Positions 1 through 9,467 of a DNA stretch of 64,000 nt are shown here, one piece after another (position 1 is the first letter of the stretch; every line of letters starts with the position of its first letter). The position numbers and the translations under genes are program-made. The stretch covers positions 447 through 64,446 of the forward strand of contig CANKZX010000001.1 in NCBI GenBank assembly GCA_947488275.1, read 5' to 3'. The notes under the pieces are model-generated. The model did no database searches and was not told where the DNA came from. It saw nothing but the letters and a program-made list of their open reading frames with translations. The DNA is from Alphaproteobacteria bacterium. Its GTDB lineage: Bacteria; Pseudomonadota; Alphaproteobacteria; Paracaedibacterales; CAIOTO01.

Positions 1-510
1 AATATTATTAAAGATAAATTGGCAAATCAAAATATAACCGTTATTCCCCATCGATTCACCTTAAATCACCCACCAATGATCAGCCGTGAAGTTCTTGAAA
101 AACAACCAATCACTCGAATTTTCAGCACAATTGAAACAGAGGAAGAAATGGTAAAAAACATAGGTGCACAATACCTCCGTATACCAATACCCGATTATTC
201 AGCGCCCACACCAGAGCAAATTCAATTTTTTGATGACGCAATTAAAAAATCAGGTGCTGAATGGATACATATCCACTGCCATGGTGGCGCTGGTCGTAGT
301 ACAACGTTTATGGCAATACTTGATATGATTCGTCAACCAAGTTTATCACTTGATGAAATTATTGAACGTCAATGGAAAGCTGGTGGACGCGATATGAAAG
401 GACCACCAGAGGCAGGACAACGTCCCGAAGATGCCGCACGAATCTTAGAGATTCTAAAAAATGAATATGCGAAGAGACACCCCTATACAAAAGAAAAAAC
501 GAAAGTATAA
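1..510 (+). CDS. PTP-like phytase family Cys-phosphatase, 5' end cut by window edge
   Basis: Frame open from base 1; P-loop HCHGGAGRST (HCX5R[ST]); IPIPDYSAP acid loop; colinear by eye with C-terminal half of 23091..23954 and with remembered Selenomonas PhyA-type core. Confidence 0.75.
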   Translation, partial: NIIKDKLANQNITVIPHRFTLNHPPMISREVLEKQPITRIFSTIETEEEMVKNIGAQYLRIPIPDYSAPTPEQIQFFDDAIKKSGAEWIHIHCHGGAGRSTTFMAILDMIRQPSLSLDEIIERQWKAGGRDMKGPPEAGQRPEDAARILEILKNEYAKRHPYTKEKTKV

Positions 511-550
511 CCCCCAATTCGAGATTAAAACATGAAGAAAACGCGACATC

Positions 551-698
551 TGCCGTCATAACGAACCTGCGAAGCAGGTGTGGCTATCTAGAAAAACAAA
601 CATTTCCGACGTAACAGGTATTTCCGATGTAACAGGTATTTCTAAGTGAAACAGCCGCTGGATCACCACAAAAGCCTTTGTCTTTTTCGTGATGACGA
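551..698 (+). repeat. Core-only, decayed copy of the palindromic element family (see 5637, 19316, 56623, 62008)
   Basis: Shares CCGTCATA.CGAACCTGCG..GGTGTGGC..AGAAAAACAAA, about 2.5 units of 18-bp GACGTAACAGGYATTTCY and GGATCACCACAAAAGCC..TTTTTCGTGATGACG; outer inverted repeats missing. Confidence 0.8.
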
Positions 699-863
699 TA
701 AGATATAAACTTTCACTTTACATTTTTCTTATCCATGCTATCATAAGGTTATATGATGGAGTATTTTATGAATATAACTTTTCAAACAAAACGATGGTGG
801 CGAAACGCATAATTTTTTATGTGTTATTGCTTATATCATTCGTATTTGAAAAGGTTTACTATC

Positions 864-1841
864 ATGTCTTTCCGTCTATCGTCCTCATTTATCACCGTTG
901 TTATTCTTAGCACATTCATCCTTATCGGGTTTTATTTTTACCCAACAACAAAGAATAATACATCAATTATTGCAATTACGCAAATTGCACCCCATCCGTC
1001 ACTTGACCTTATTCGTCAAGGTATTATGGATGAATTAAATGAAAGCCCTCACAAAAATAGTGAAATTATTTTCCAAAATGCGCAAGGCAACATTTCAACC
1101 GCAACACAGATTGCACAGCGTTTTATAAGCTTAAATCCAAAAGTTATCATCCCTATTACAACGCCATCTGCTCAGATGGTTCAGGCAGCTGCCCATAATA
1201 AAAATATTCCAATTGTCTTTGCTGCGGTAACAGATCCAGGTGAAGCACGCCTTATTAAAAGTGATGGTGAGAATCTTCCCTTTATAACAGGTGTTCAAGA
1301 TGCCCCACCCTATGATGAACAAATAAAACAAATGCAAACACTTTTAAACAAGAAAAATCTGCGTATCGGTATTATCTACAACCCTGGCGAAATCAATTCA
1401 CTTTCCCAAATCAAACATTTTGAAAAAGCCTTATCTAAAGATGGCAGTACAATCTTATTATCGCCTGCAACATCAACCGTTAATGTAAGCACTGCAACAG
1501 CCCGTTTAGTTGATCGTGTTGACGCATTCTATTTACCTAATGACAATACGGTTATTTCATCCCTTACCTCTGTCTTAAAAATAACGAATGATAAAAAAAT
1601 ACCTGTGTTTTCATCAGATCCAGAATCAGTTAAACGCGGATGTACAGCCTCAATCGCGCCAGATCAATATCAAATTGGACGCCAAGTTGGAAAAATTGTT
1701 ATTCGCATTCTAAATGGGCAAAAAGCAGAAGAAATTCCTTATGAAAAAAGCAAAATAAATAGTACGCAACGTAACGAAGCGCACATAAAAATGCTGAAAT
1801 TATCTCTGCAAACAGTGTCACAACATCAAGGCGCGTCATGA
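864..1841 (+). CDS. ABC transporter substrate-binding protein (ABC_sub_bind/BMP-like family)
   Basis: N-terminal membrane anchor, then IIAITQIAPHPSLDLIRQGIMDEL motif typical of this SBP family; ATG at 864 chosen over upstream ATG 819. Confidence 0.8.
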   Translation: MSFRLSSSFITVVILSTFILIGFYFYPTTKNNTSIIAITQIAPHPSLDLIRQGIMDELNESPHKNSEIIFQNAQGNISTATQIAQRFISLNPKVIIPITTPSAQMVQAAAHNKNIPIVFAAVTDPGEARLIKSDGENLPFITGVQDAPPYDEQIKQMQTLLNKKNLRIGIIYNPGEINSLSQIKHFEKALSKDGSTILLSPATSTVNVSTATARLVDRVDAFYLPNDNTVISSLTSVLKITNDKKIPVFSSDPESVKRGCTASIAPDQYQIGRQVGKIVIRILNGQKAEEIPYEKSKINSTQRNEAHIKMLKLSLQTVSQHQGAS

Positions 1842-2836
1842 ACGTTAAGCAAATTCTTTTGTGGGTTATTGCCCCTCTTTTCCTTCTCGTTGGGGGTGTG
1901 CTTTTATACATAATAGACCTACCCCCTATTCACCACAGTATAAAAACATATACCGTTGGTATTATTCAAAACACCGATCACCCTGCCCTTATTCAAACAC
2001 GAAAAGGAATCATCGATGTCTTAACACAAAAAGGTTACATTCATTACACAAACACACTCATAAAAGAAGAATCCGCAGATGGTAATGTGAATAAAGCAGA
2101 GCAAATCATTCAGAATTTCATCAAAGATAATGTTGATATTATTATTGCCATCGGTACTCCTGTTGCTCAAATTGCAGCTCGCCACACAACCAAAACCAAT
2201 ATTCCTGTGGTATTTGCCTCTGTCACCGACCCCATTGCCGCAAACCTTGTTGAATCGCTTGAAGCACCAGGTGGCCATGTAACAGGCGTAACAAACTATG
2301 TCTCAATATCACGGCAATTTTCATATTTTAAAAGACTAATGCCCGCCTTAAAAGAAATTGGCGTCATTTATAACCCCAATGAATCCAACTCTGTTGCTAT
2401 GATTGATAAAATGCGTGATGTATCAGACATGTTTGGCATAAAAATCTATACCGAAAAAGCAACTGACGCGCAAAGCATTGAAAAAGCCGTTCTTAATTTA
2501 ATCCAAAAAGGTGCCGATGCCTTTTTCGTCAACAATGATAATAATGCCCTGCAACATCTTGAAAGCATCACAAAAATCGCCACTAAACATAATATTCCCG
2601 TATTTGTAAGCGATATTGATTGCCTCAATAAAGGGGCACTTGCCGTTTTAGGTCCCGATCAATACGAAATTGGTAAACAAGCAGCTGAAATGGCAACACG
2701 TATTCTATCAGGTAATAAACCGCAATATATCCCCGTTGAATCCCCCAACAAAGTATCAAAAACAGTAAACACGACTGTTGCTGAACAGTTTCAAATCATA
2801 TACAAACAAAGTAGCTATGAGAAATTTCAATTTTAG
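1838..2836 (+). CDS. ABC transporter substrate-binding protein, tandem paralog
   Basis: ATGA overlap with preceding gene; VGIIQNTDHPALIQTRKGIIDVL and colinear similarity to 864..1841. Confidence 0.8.
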   Translation: MNVKQILLWVIAPLFLLVGGVLLYIIDLPPIHHSIKTYTVGIIQNTDHPALIQTRKGIIDVLTQKGYIHYTNTLIKEESADGNVNKAEQIIQNFIKDNVDIIIAIGTPVAQIAARHTTKTNIPVVFASVTDPIAANLVESLEAPGGHVTGVTNYVSISRQFSYFKRLMPALKEIGVIYNPNESNSVAMIDKMRDVSDMFGIKIYTEKATDAQSIEKAVLNLIQKGADAFFVNNDNNALQHLESITKIATKHNIPVFVSDIDCLNKGALAVLGPDQYEIGKQAAEMATRILSGNKPQYIPVESPNKVSKTVNTTVAEQFQIIYKQSSYEKFQF

Positions 2837-2935
2837 TTGAGGTAAGGACGATATTACCCGTCACTTTTGAACACCTTACTCTCTCCCGCATCATCCGCAG
2901 ACGTGATCCGAGAATACCAAAAAGTGACGAATAGC

Positions 2936-3694
2936 ATGGACAACAATATGATTGATTTAACTGACTTTGGTTTCACAAAAATTCCACGCCAAGAAAAAGC
3001 CACGCGTGTTAAAGATTTGTTTAGCCGCGTTTCCAGTCATTATGACCTGATGAATGATTTGATGAGCCTTGGCCTCCACAGGCAATGGAAGAAAAGTTAT
3101 ATTCATCGAATGCGTCTCCACCAAAATGACAACGTTCTTGATATCGCTGGCGGAACAGGCGACATTAGCATAATGCTCCACAAAACATTTCCTTTTCTAA
3201 ATCTAACAACAACGCTTATTGACTTAACACCATCTATGCTTGATGAGGGTCGTCACAAAGCCATTGACCAAGGAATCGTTCAAAACATCAACTGGTGTGC
3301 AGGACAAGCTGAATCACTCCCCATTTCAGATAATTATGCGGATGTATACACCATTAGTTTTGGTCTTCGCAATGTTGCAGATCGATCAAAAGCCCTCAGC
3401 GAGGCCTTTCGTGTATTAAAACCAGGCGGGCGTTTTTATTGTTTGGAATTCAGCCATCTTGAACACGATACACTTCAGAAAATCTATGATCTTTATTCCT
3501 TTTCAGTGTTACCATTTCTTGGTAAACACGTCGCTAAAGACGAAGACGCCTATCAATATCTCGCTGAAAGTATTCGAAAATTTCCTGCCCGTTTACGTCT
3601 GGAAGGGGAGTTAAAGACCATTGGCTTCACTACCGTTCGGAGTGAAGCTTGGATGAATGGCATTGTAGCCTTTCATGAAGCCATCAAATCATAG
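2936..3694 (+). CDS. ubiE: Ubiquinone/menaquinone biosynthesis C-methyltransferase UbiE
   Basis: HYDLMNDLMSLGLHRQWK, VLDIAGGTGD, FGLRNV, LKPGGRF motifs; ATG 2936 preferred to TTG 2867. Confidence 0.9.
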   Translation: MDNNMIDLTDFGFTKIPRQEKATRVKDLFSRVSSHYDLMNDLMSLGLHRQWKKSYIHRMRLHQNDNVLDIAGGTGDISIMLHKTFPFLNLTTTLIDLTPSMLDEGRHKAIDQGIVQNINWCAGQAESLPISDNYADVYTISFGLRNVADRSKALSEAFRVLKPGGRFYCLEFSHLEHDTLQKIYDLYSFSVLPFLGKHVAKDEDAYQYLAESIRKFPARLRLEGELKTIGFTTVRSEAWMNGIVAFHEAIKS

Positions 3695-3707
3695 CCTACT
3701 AAAAATG

Positions 3708-5081
3708 TTACTCAACCCCCAGCGCACGGGCGAAAATTTCAATAGGGTGCATTTTTTGAAAAACAATGGGCGCAGTAACTTCTGCTGATGGCTCTACCAA
3801 TTGCGCGGTTGTTTTTTGCTGACACTCAATTCCTTGCTTAATATGTTCAGCTGCAAGCGGGCATTCAGATGCAAAAATTGTATGATTGTTTGATATCACC
3901 TGACGTACAACAGGTTTTCCAACAGTAAGCGCTAAATCAAAATTATCGACCATCATCCCCCACGTTCCCCCGTGCCCTGAACAACGCTCCACAACACTAA
4001 CTTTTATATCAGGTATAAAACGCAGCATTTCAGCAGCTTTTGCCCCTATATTTTGCGCCCGTGCATGGCAAGCCAGATGGAGTGTCACATCATTCCCCAA
4101 AGGCAACAAATCGCCTGGCACACCAAATCGATTTACAAGAGATACAATATACTCAGAAATATCTTTCGTATTTACTTTAAGTTCCTGAATCGCTTGATTC
4201 TGTGGATGCATTAAAGGCCATTCACTTTTCATCATCAACGAACACGATGGTATCAAGGACACAATCGTACGCCCATCCTTGATAAAGGGCGCAAAAAATT
4301 CAGCAATACGAACTCCGCCATCGGCGACACGGGGAATATTTCCTAATTCTAATTGCGGCATTCCACAACATCCAGGGTATTGCACATCAACATCCACACC
4401 AAAATGCGCAAGAATTTTACCCGCCAACAAGCCTATCTGTGTTTCATTATAATTACCGTAACAGGTCGCGTATAAAACAATTTTTTCACCCTTTGCCATA
4501 CCTAAGGGATTGATTTGAAGGGGCTTATTCTTCATCTGGCGAATCAATGTTTGACTTGAAAACGCAGGTATACTTGCCTTTGCATCAATAGACGCAACCT
4601 TTTGCAATAAAGGGCGCGCGATCGATCCAACGTCACTTAATGTATTTACAAGAGGTGCAACCACACCAAGTACCGCTGCATTACGGTCAACTTCAGCAAG
4701 TTGTTTCTTGGCAAAAGGTACTTCTTTTTCAGCAAATTGATAAGCCTTATAACGGAGCATCAAATGCGGGAAATCAATATTAAATTCATGGGGTGGCACA
4801 TATGGACACTTTGTCAGAAAACACATATCACATAACGTGCAGTCATCAACAACGGCGCCATATTCATCGGTTGAAACGCTATCCAATTCCCCTGTTGAAC
4901 TATTATCGACAAGATCAAATAATTTTGGAAAAGAACCACAAAGATTAAAGCAACGCCTACATCCATGACACACATCAAACTGACGAGTCATTTCGTGATC
5001 AAGCGCCTCTTTATTTAAGAAATCGGGATTTTCCCAATCAAGGGGATGCCGCGTCGGCGCCTCTAAGCTACCTTCTTTCAT
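3708..5081 (-). CDS. (Fe-S)-binding oxidoreductase, HdrD/GlpC/GlcF-like with two CCG domains
   Basis: Two CxxCxxCxxxC(P) ferredoxin motifs (CHGCRRCFNLC, CTLCDMCFLTKCP) plus CCGMP and CSGHGG Cys-rich motifs. Confidence 0.7.
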   Translation of the reverse strand: MKEGSLEAPTRHPLDWENPDFLNKEALDHEMTRQFDVCHGCRRCFNLCGSFPKLFDLVDNSSTGELDSVSTDEYGAVVDDCTLCDMCFLTKCPYVPPHEFNIDFPHLMLRYKAYQFAEKEVPFAKKQLAEVDRNAAVLGVVAPLVNTLSDVGSIARPLLQKVASIDAKASIPAFSSQTLIRQMKNKPLQINPLGMAKGEKIVLYATCYGNYNETQIGLLAGKILAHFGVDVDVQYPGCCGMPQLELGNIPRVADGGVRIAEFFAPFIKDGRTIVSLIPSCSLMMKSEWPLMHPQNQAIQELKVNTKDISEYIVSLVNRFGVPGDLLPLGNDVTLHLACHARAQNIGAKAAEMLRFIPDIKVSVVERCSGHGGTWGMMVDNFDLALTVGKPVVRQVISNNHTIFASECPLAAEHIKQGIECQQKTTAQLVEPSAEVTAPIVFQKMHPIEIFARALGVE

Positions 5082-5108
5082 GCATCCCCTCCATTTCTAA
5101 TACAGTCA

Positions 5109-5531
5109 CTAGTTATTCAATTGATCAAGGGCTTTTTGGAAACGACCTGCATGTGACTTTTCAGCCTTTGCCAAAGTTTCAAACCAATCAGCCACTTCAT
5201 CAAAACCTTCTTCACGGGCAGCGCGTGCCATGCTTGGATACATATCTGTGTATTCGTGTGTTTCACCAGCGATTGCGGCTTTTAAATTATTTTCAGTTGA
5301 ACCAATCGGTAATCCTGTTGCAGGGTCACCAACTACTTCTAAAAATTCAAGATGCCCATGCGCATGTCCTGTTTCGCCCTCAGCTGTTGAACGAAATACA
5401 GTTGCAACATCGTTATACCCTTCAATATCTGCTTTTTGTGCGAAATACAGATAACGACGATTTGCTTGGGATTCACCAGCAAATGCTGCCTTTAGATTTT
5501 CTTCTGTTTTTGACCCTTTTAAATGTACCAT
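5109..5531 (-). CDS. Rubrerythrin-family diiron protein (no rubredoxin domain)
   Basis: Duplicated ExxH diiron motifs ([21 protein letters not shown]), [19 protein letters not shown] 5531 gives a typical N-terminus. Confidence 0.85.
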   Translation of the reverse strand: MVHLKGSKTEENLKAAFAGESQANRRYLYFAQKADIEGYNDVATVFRSTAEGETGHAHGHLEFLEVVGDPATGLPIGSTENNLKAAIAGETHEYTDMYPSMARAAREEGFDEVADWFETLAKAEKSHAGRFQKALDQLNN

Positions 5532-5636
5532 GCTAACGTCCTTAATATTAATAGAATATGATAAGACTATGGCACTGGCGACCTCATTCGTCAAGACAGA
5601 GAGCGCATTTTACAGATTATGTTTGAAGAACAATCT

Positions 5637-5850
5637 ATACCCACCACCGATGATTTTTAGCAATTCTGCCGTCATAGCGAACCTGCGTAAGCTGGTGTGG
5701 CCATCCAGAAAAACAAATATTTTCGACGTAACAAGCATTTCTGACGCAACAAGCATTTCTGACGTAATAGCCACTGGATCACCACAAAAGCCTTCGGCTT
5801 TTTCATGATGACGAGGGATTGTAAAATTATCTTCTGCTGAAAATCATCGG
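5637..5850 (+). mobile_element. Full-length MITE-like nested-palindrome element (214 bp), non-coding
   Basis: Terminal inverted repeats ATACCCACCACCGATGATTTTTAGCA / TGCTGAAAATCATCGGTGTTGGGTAT; inner inverted pair CCGTCATAGCGA / TCATGATGACGA; 2.5 x 18-bp units; AAAAGCC-TTC-GGCTTTT hairpin. Confidence 0.85.
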
Positions 5851-5863
5851 TGTTGGGTATATA

Positions 5864-6760
5864 CTAATTATTGATACACAAATTATTAGACCAAGAACAA
5901 GCACCGCCAAAACCACCAACCGCTGCACAAATATCTTGCTGAGTAATTTTGCTGCATACCACGCGACACTTTCCACTAAAGAGGATACAAGCCGATGGGC
6001 ATGGACTTTTTGCTTGGCAATATTTATCCGATGCCAAAGCATTTTCTTTTGTTTGATAAGTAGGCATAACCACCTGAACAAAATTGCCAGCATCCGTATA
6101 CGTCTTCATCGCCAGATCAGCCTTTGTTTTAGCAACAACAGCTGCACTTTGTGCATCAGAGAGTGCCTTAGCCGCCTCAACTTGCGATTTTGCAATCGCC
6201 GCGATTTGCACATTTAATAAATCTTGCATGGATTGTGCTTTTGCTAAAACAATATTAGCATCATTTAAGGCTTTTGTTGTTACATCAGCCTCTACTTTGG
6301 CAAGATCAGCATCACTTTGTGCCTTTTTAAGTGTCTCAGCGTCTGCTTTTGCTTTTGCATCGGCATCTGCCTTTGCTTTCGCATCGGCTTCATCCTTAGC
6401 TTTCTTAGCAGCAAGTTCGGCTTCGGTTGGCAATTGCACAGGCGATACATTTGCAGGTGGTGGTGCCGATTCTACAGGCGCAGGCGGCGGTGTAGGCGCA
6501 GGTGGTGGTGTTGACTCCGTTGGCGCAGGTGGTGGTGCTGACTCCGTTGGTGCTGGTGGAGGTGAAACTGAATCCGTTGGTGCTGGTGGCGGTGCTGCAC
6601 CTTCTGTGCTTGTTGCCCCTGTTGATGTTGTTCCTGTCGACACGCCCTCTGTGCCTGTTGTCCCTTCAGCAAAACACAAACCTGATATCATCAGATAAAA
6701 ACACATTACCCTAACAAGAAAATATTTTTTAAGTAAAATTTGATTTAAAAGCGGCATCAC
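5864..6760 (-). CDS. Secreted repeat protein: Pro-rich PPPAPTES repeats, KAKADA repeats, Cys-rich C-terminus
   Basis: Hydrophobic N-terminus ending FAEG; 27-bp coding tandem repeats about 6454..6600; 8 Cys in last about 51 aa; no homolog recognised. Confidence 0.65.
   Translation of the reverse strand: MMPLLNQILLKKYFLVRVMCFYLMISGLCFAEGTTGTEGVSTGTTSTGATSTEGAAPPPAPTDSVSPPPAPTESAPPPAPTESTPPPAPTPPPAPVESAPPPANVSPVQLPTEAELAAKKAKDEADAKAKADADAKAKADAETLKKAQSDADLAKVEADVTTKALNDANIVLAKAQSMQDLLNVQIAAIAKSQVEAAKALSDAQSAAVVAKTKADLAMKTYTDAGNFVQVVMPTYQTKENALASDKYCQAKSPCPSACILFSGKCRVVCSKITQQDICAAVGGFGGACSWSNNLCINN
6454..6600 (-). repeat. 27-bp in-frame tandem repeat (about 5 units) encoding PPPAPxES
   Basis: GCAGGTGGTGGTG.TGACTCCGTTGG. 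units read directly on + strand. Confidence 0.8.
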
Positions 6761-6819
6761 GATTGATTCCCATTGATTCTTATATAATTTTAGTGTGTCG
6801 CTATTTTATTAAAAATCAC

Positions 6820-7983
6820 TTAACATGTTTTGAAAAAGTCAACTAAATCACATTTCTCCCACGAAAATAACCCCGAATCCGTTGGCTGACGACCAAAATG
6901 CCCAAAACTAGCTGTCGGCAAATAAATGGGTGCATTCAATCCTAAATGTTTCCTAATACCAGCGGGTGTAAGTGGTAAATGCGTCATAATCGCCTGCTCT
7001 ACCTGGTATTCAGGTACATTCCCTGTCCCTTGAAAATCAATATAAAGGGATAATGGACGGGCAATACCAATGCCATAAGATACCTGTAAAAGGCACCGTG
7101 ATGCTAATCCAGCTGCCACAATATTCTTTGCCAAATAACGTGCCATATAGGCAGCCGATCGATCAACCTTTGTGGGGTCTTTACCAGAAAAAGCACCACC
7201 ACCATGAGGCGCCGCGCCGCCATAGGTATCAACAATAATCTTGCGTCCTGTTAGCCCTGTATCCCCATCAGGCCCACCAACTACAAAACGACCTGTAGGA
7301 TTCACCAATAACTCAGTCGTTTCAATAATCCATCTTTCTGGAAACGTTGCATAAATCATCGGTACCACATAATCAAAAACAGCATATTGATCCAAACCAT
7401 CGCGATGCTGCGTTGACAAAACAAGTGTTTTCACACCAATAGGAACACCATCTTCATAAATAAGTGTAACTTGGCTTTTAGCATCAGGCAAAAGACGTCC
7501 CTGCGCATCATTCTTTCGCAAATGATCGAGGTTTTCTAAAAGACGATGCGCCCAATACAGTGGCGCTGGCATTAACGTTTCGGTTTCAGTACAGGCGAAT
7601 CCAAACATAATTCCCTGATCGCCCGCCCCTTCATCTTTATCTGCCGTCGCATCAACACCACGAGCAATATCAACCGATTGTTTGTGAATATAATTTTGAA
7701 AAATAAAACGATCATAATGAAAACCATCCTGTTCATAACCAATATCACGAACTTGATGGCGGATCTTTTCTTCCAATGTCTTTGTCACATTTGGATTACC
7801 ACGCACCTCTCCCAATACAATCACACGGTTTGTTGTAACAACCGTTTCAATAGCGGCACGAGAAAAAGGATCATCCGTCAAGTAAGCATCCACAATTAAA
7901 TCAGAAAGCTGATCGCAAATCTTGTCAGGGTGCCCACGTGAAACAGATTCACTGGTAAATAGGTATGTTCCTTTCCTTAACAT
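6820..7983 (-). CDS. metK: S-adenosylmethionine synthetase
   Basis: [48 protein letters not shown] signature motifs, 387 aa. Confidence 0.97.
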   Translation of the reverse strand: MLRKGTYLFTSESVSRGHPDKICDQLSDLIVDAYLTDDPFSRAAIETVVTTNRVIVLGEVRGNPNVTKTLEEKIRHQVRDIGYEQDGFHYDRFIFQNYIHKQSVDIARGVDATADKDEGAGDQGIMFGFACTETETLMPAPLYWAHRLLENLDHLRKNDAQGRLLPDAKSQVTLIYEDGVPIGVKTLVLSTQHRDGLDQYAVFDYVVPMIYATFPERWIIETTELLVNPTGRFVVGGPDGDTGLTGRKIIVDTYGGAAPHGGGAFSGKDPTKVDRSAAYMARYLAKNIVAAGLASRCLLQVSYGIGIARPLSLYIDFQGTGNVPEYQVEQAIMTHLPLTPAGIRKHLGLNAPIYLPTASFGHFGRQPTDSGLFSWEKCDLVDFFKTC

Positions 7984-8163
7984 TGATACGCCTTTTAAAA
8001 AGAATATGAACTATTATACACACGTTTTTTAGAAGATATATACAATTAATCATGAATTATATATAAATAAGATGCCATTCAAATAATCTTTTTATTAATC
8101 ATTTATTAATCATTTCCTTGTTATTATTAAACATACATAATGATTAAAAAGGATTAACACCCC

Positions 8164-8814
8164 ATGAAAAAAATATCAGCCTTATTTCTTGCCAGTCTTT
8201 TACTTTCAACACAGATTGGTCTTGCGGGTGATCGTGATGATCAAAATATGGATGGAGCCGATACTGAAAACCAAGACCTTAACCAGGGGGATACTTCTCA
8301 AGGTGGGCAAGGCGGTTTAACACCAGAGGAAACGAAAAGTGCTCTCCTTCGCAAGAAAGTAGAAATTGAGCAAGCTATTCGTTCAATTGTTGCAGCAGAC
8401 GCGCAGAACGCAGCGAAAGAAAAGGAATTGCGTCAACAAATAAAGATTGCAAACCAAACGTTAGCAACCTATCAACTCGAAGCAGAGAAACAGAAAAAAG
8501 CGCTTATTACCCAAATGAATAAATTAAAATCAGAAGAAGCAGCTGCTGCAAAAGCTGACGCGGATGCACAAGTTTTAGCCTTGCAGAAAATCAGTCAAGA
8601 TTTACAAAAAAAGAAATTACAATTTGCACACGAAGAAATGCAAATGCGCAAAGAATTAAAAGAAATGGCAGCAAAAATGAAACGCTTAATACCTGCAGAT
8701 ATTGATGCACCTACCAAAAGTCACGGCAGAAATAGCACGCCAACAGCTGGCATACCAAATGACCCAACAACACAACTGGGTGGTTTAATTAGCGCCGCCG
8801 CAAATATTCCATAA
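8164..8814 (+). CDS. Secreted coiled-coil protein, unknown function
   Basis: Signal peptide MKKISALFLASLLLSTQIGLAG; Q/K/E/A-rich heptad-like middle; no homolog recognised. Confidence 0.6.
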   Translation: MKKISALFLASLLLSTQIGLAGDRDDQNMDGADTENQDLNQGDTSQGGQGGLTPEETKSALLRKKVEIEQAIRSIVAADAQNAAKEKELRQQIKIANQTLATYQLEAEKQKKALITQMNKLKSEEAAAAKADADAQVLALQKISQDLQKKKLQFAHEEMQMRKELKEMAAKMKRLIPADIDAPTKSHGRNSTPTAGIPNDPTTQLGGLISAAANIP

Positions 8815-8849
8815 GATTTAACATTAAGCAATACTGCATACAAATGAAA

Positions 8850-8867
8850 AAGGGCTTCTCAGCCCTT
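8850..8867. terminator. Hairpin between convergent genes (bidirectional terminator candidate)
   Basis: AAGGGCT-TCTC-AGCCCTT preceded by A-run, between 8164..8814(+) and iscX(-). Confidence 0.5.
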
Positions 8868-8870
8868 AAC

Positions 8871-9068
8871 TCATGCACGACGCTCATCCAGCCATGCCAT
8901 TTGAATAGCCTCTAAAATACGTTCATTACTGCGCGCAGGATCATCATTAAATCCAGATAAGGCTTGCACCCATTGCCACAAATCCGTAAATCGTATCGTC
9001 ACAACATCAACATCAGGATATGCCTCTTCCAACGCAATCGCAATAGCGTGAATATCAGTCCATTTCAT
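8871..9068 (-). CDS. iscX: Fe-S cluster assembly protein IscX
   Basis: MKWTDIHAIAIALEEAYPDVD...RFTDLWQWV typical IscX/YfhJ; last gene of isc operon. Confidence 0.9.
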   Translation of the reverse strand: MKWTDIHAIAIALEEAYPDVDVVTIRFTDLWQWVQALSGFNDDPARSNERILEAIQMAWLDERRA

Positions 9069-9401
9069 TTATGCAACCTGCATATTACGTGTTCCAGATG
9101 GTACGCGCACTGTCAAACCATCCAACTCATCCGTCATCGTAATTTGACACCCAAGACGGGATGTATGCGTTAAACCAAACGCCAGATCGAGCATATCTTC
9201 TTCATCTTCTGTCGCTTCTGGCAATAAATCAAACCATTCTGCATCTACAATCACATGACACGTTGAACACGCTAAAGACCCTTCACATGCGCCTTCAAGG
9301 TCAATTTTGTTACGGTGAGCAATTTCAAGAACGGAAAGTCCTAAAGGCGCCTCAACTTCTTGCGTTGTACCATCAGCCGTTACGAATTTAATATGTGCCA
9401 T
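9069..9401 (-). CDS. fdx: ISC-type [2Fe-2S] ferredoxin
   Basis: [12 protein letters not shown] ... RLGCQ cysteine pattern, 110 aa, operon context. Confidence 0.93.
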   Translation of the reverse strand: MAHIKFVTADGTTQEVEAPLGLSVLEIAHRNKIDLEGACEGSLACSTCHVIVDAEWFDLLPEATEDEEDMLDLAFGLTHTSRLGCQITMTDELDGLTVRVPSGTRNMQVA

Positions 9402-9467
9402 AATTTTTCCTTATTATATTTCTGTATCCTATTGAATTATCATTCTTAAATTTGCCTTATACAAATA

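Noticed and set aside
5530-5808. 92-aa ORF (also 689..910) spanning palindromic-element copies
   Set aside because: The translation runs through repeat DNA that occurs in both orientations and in different frames in other copies, so it is non-coding.
6084-6698. 204-aa Ala/Gly/Ser-rich + strand ORF
   Set aside because: It is the mirror image of the Pro/Ala-rich repeats on the minus strand. The minus ORF is longer and has a signal-like N-terminus and a structured Cys-rich end.
7984-8163. SAM riboswitch in the metK leader
   Set aside because: The region is almost pure A/T with no conserved pseudoknot or GC helices.
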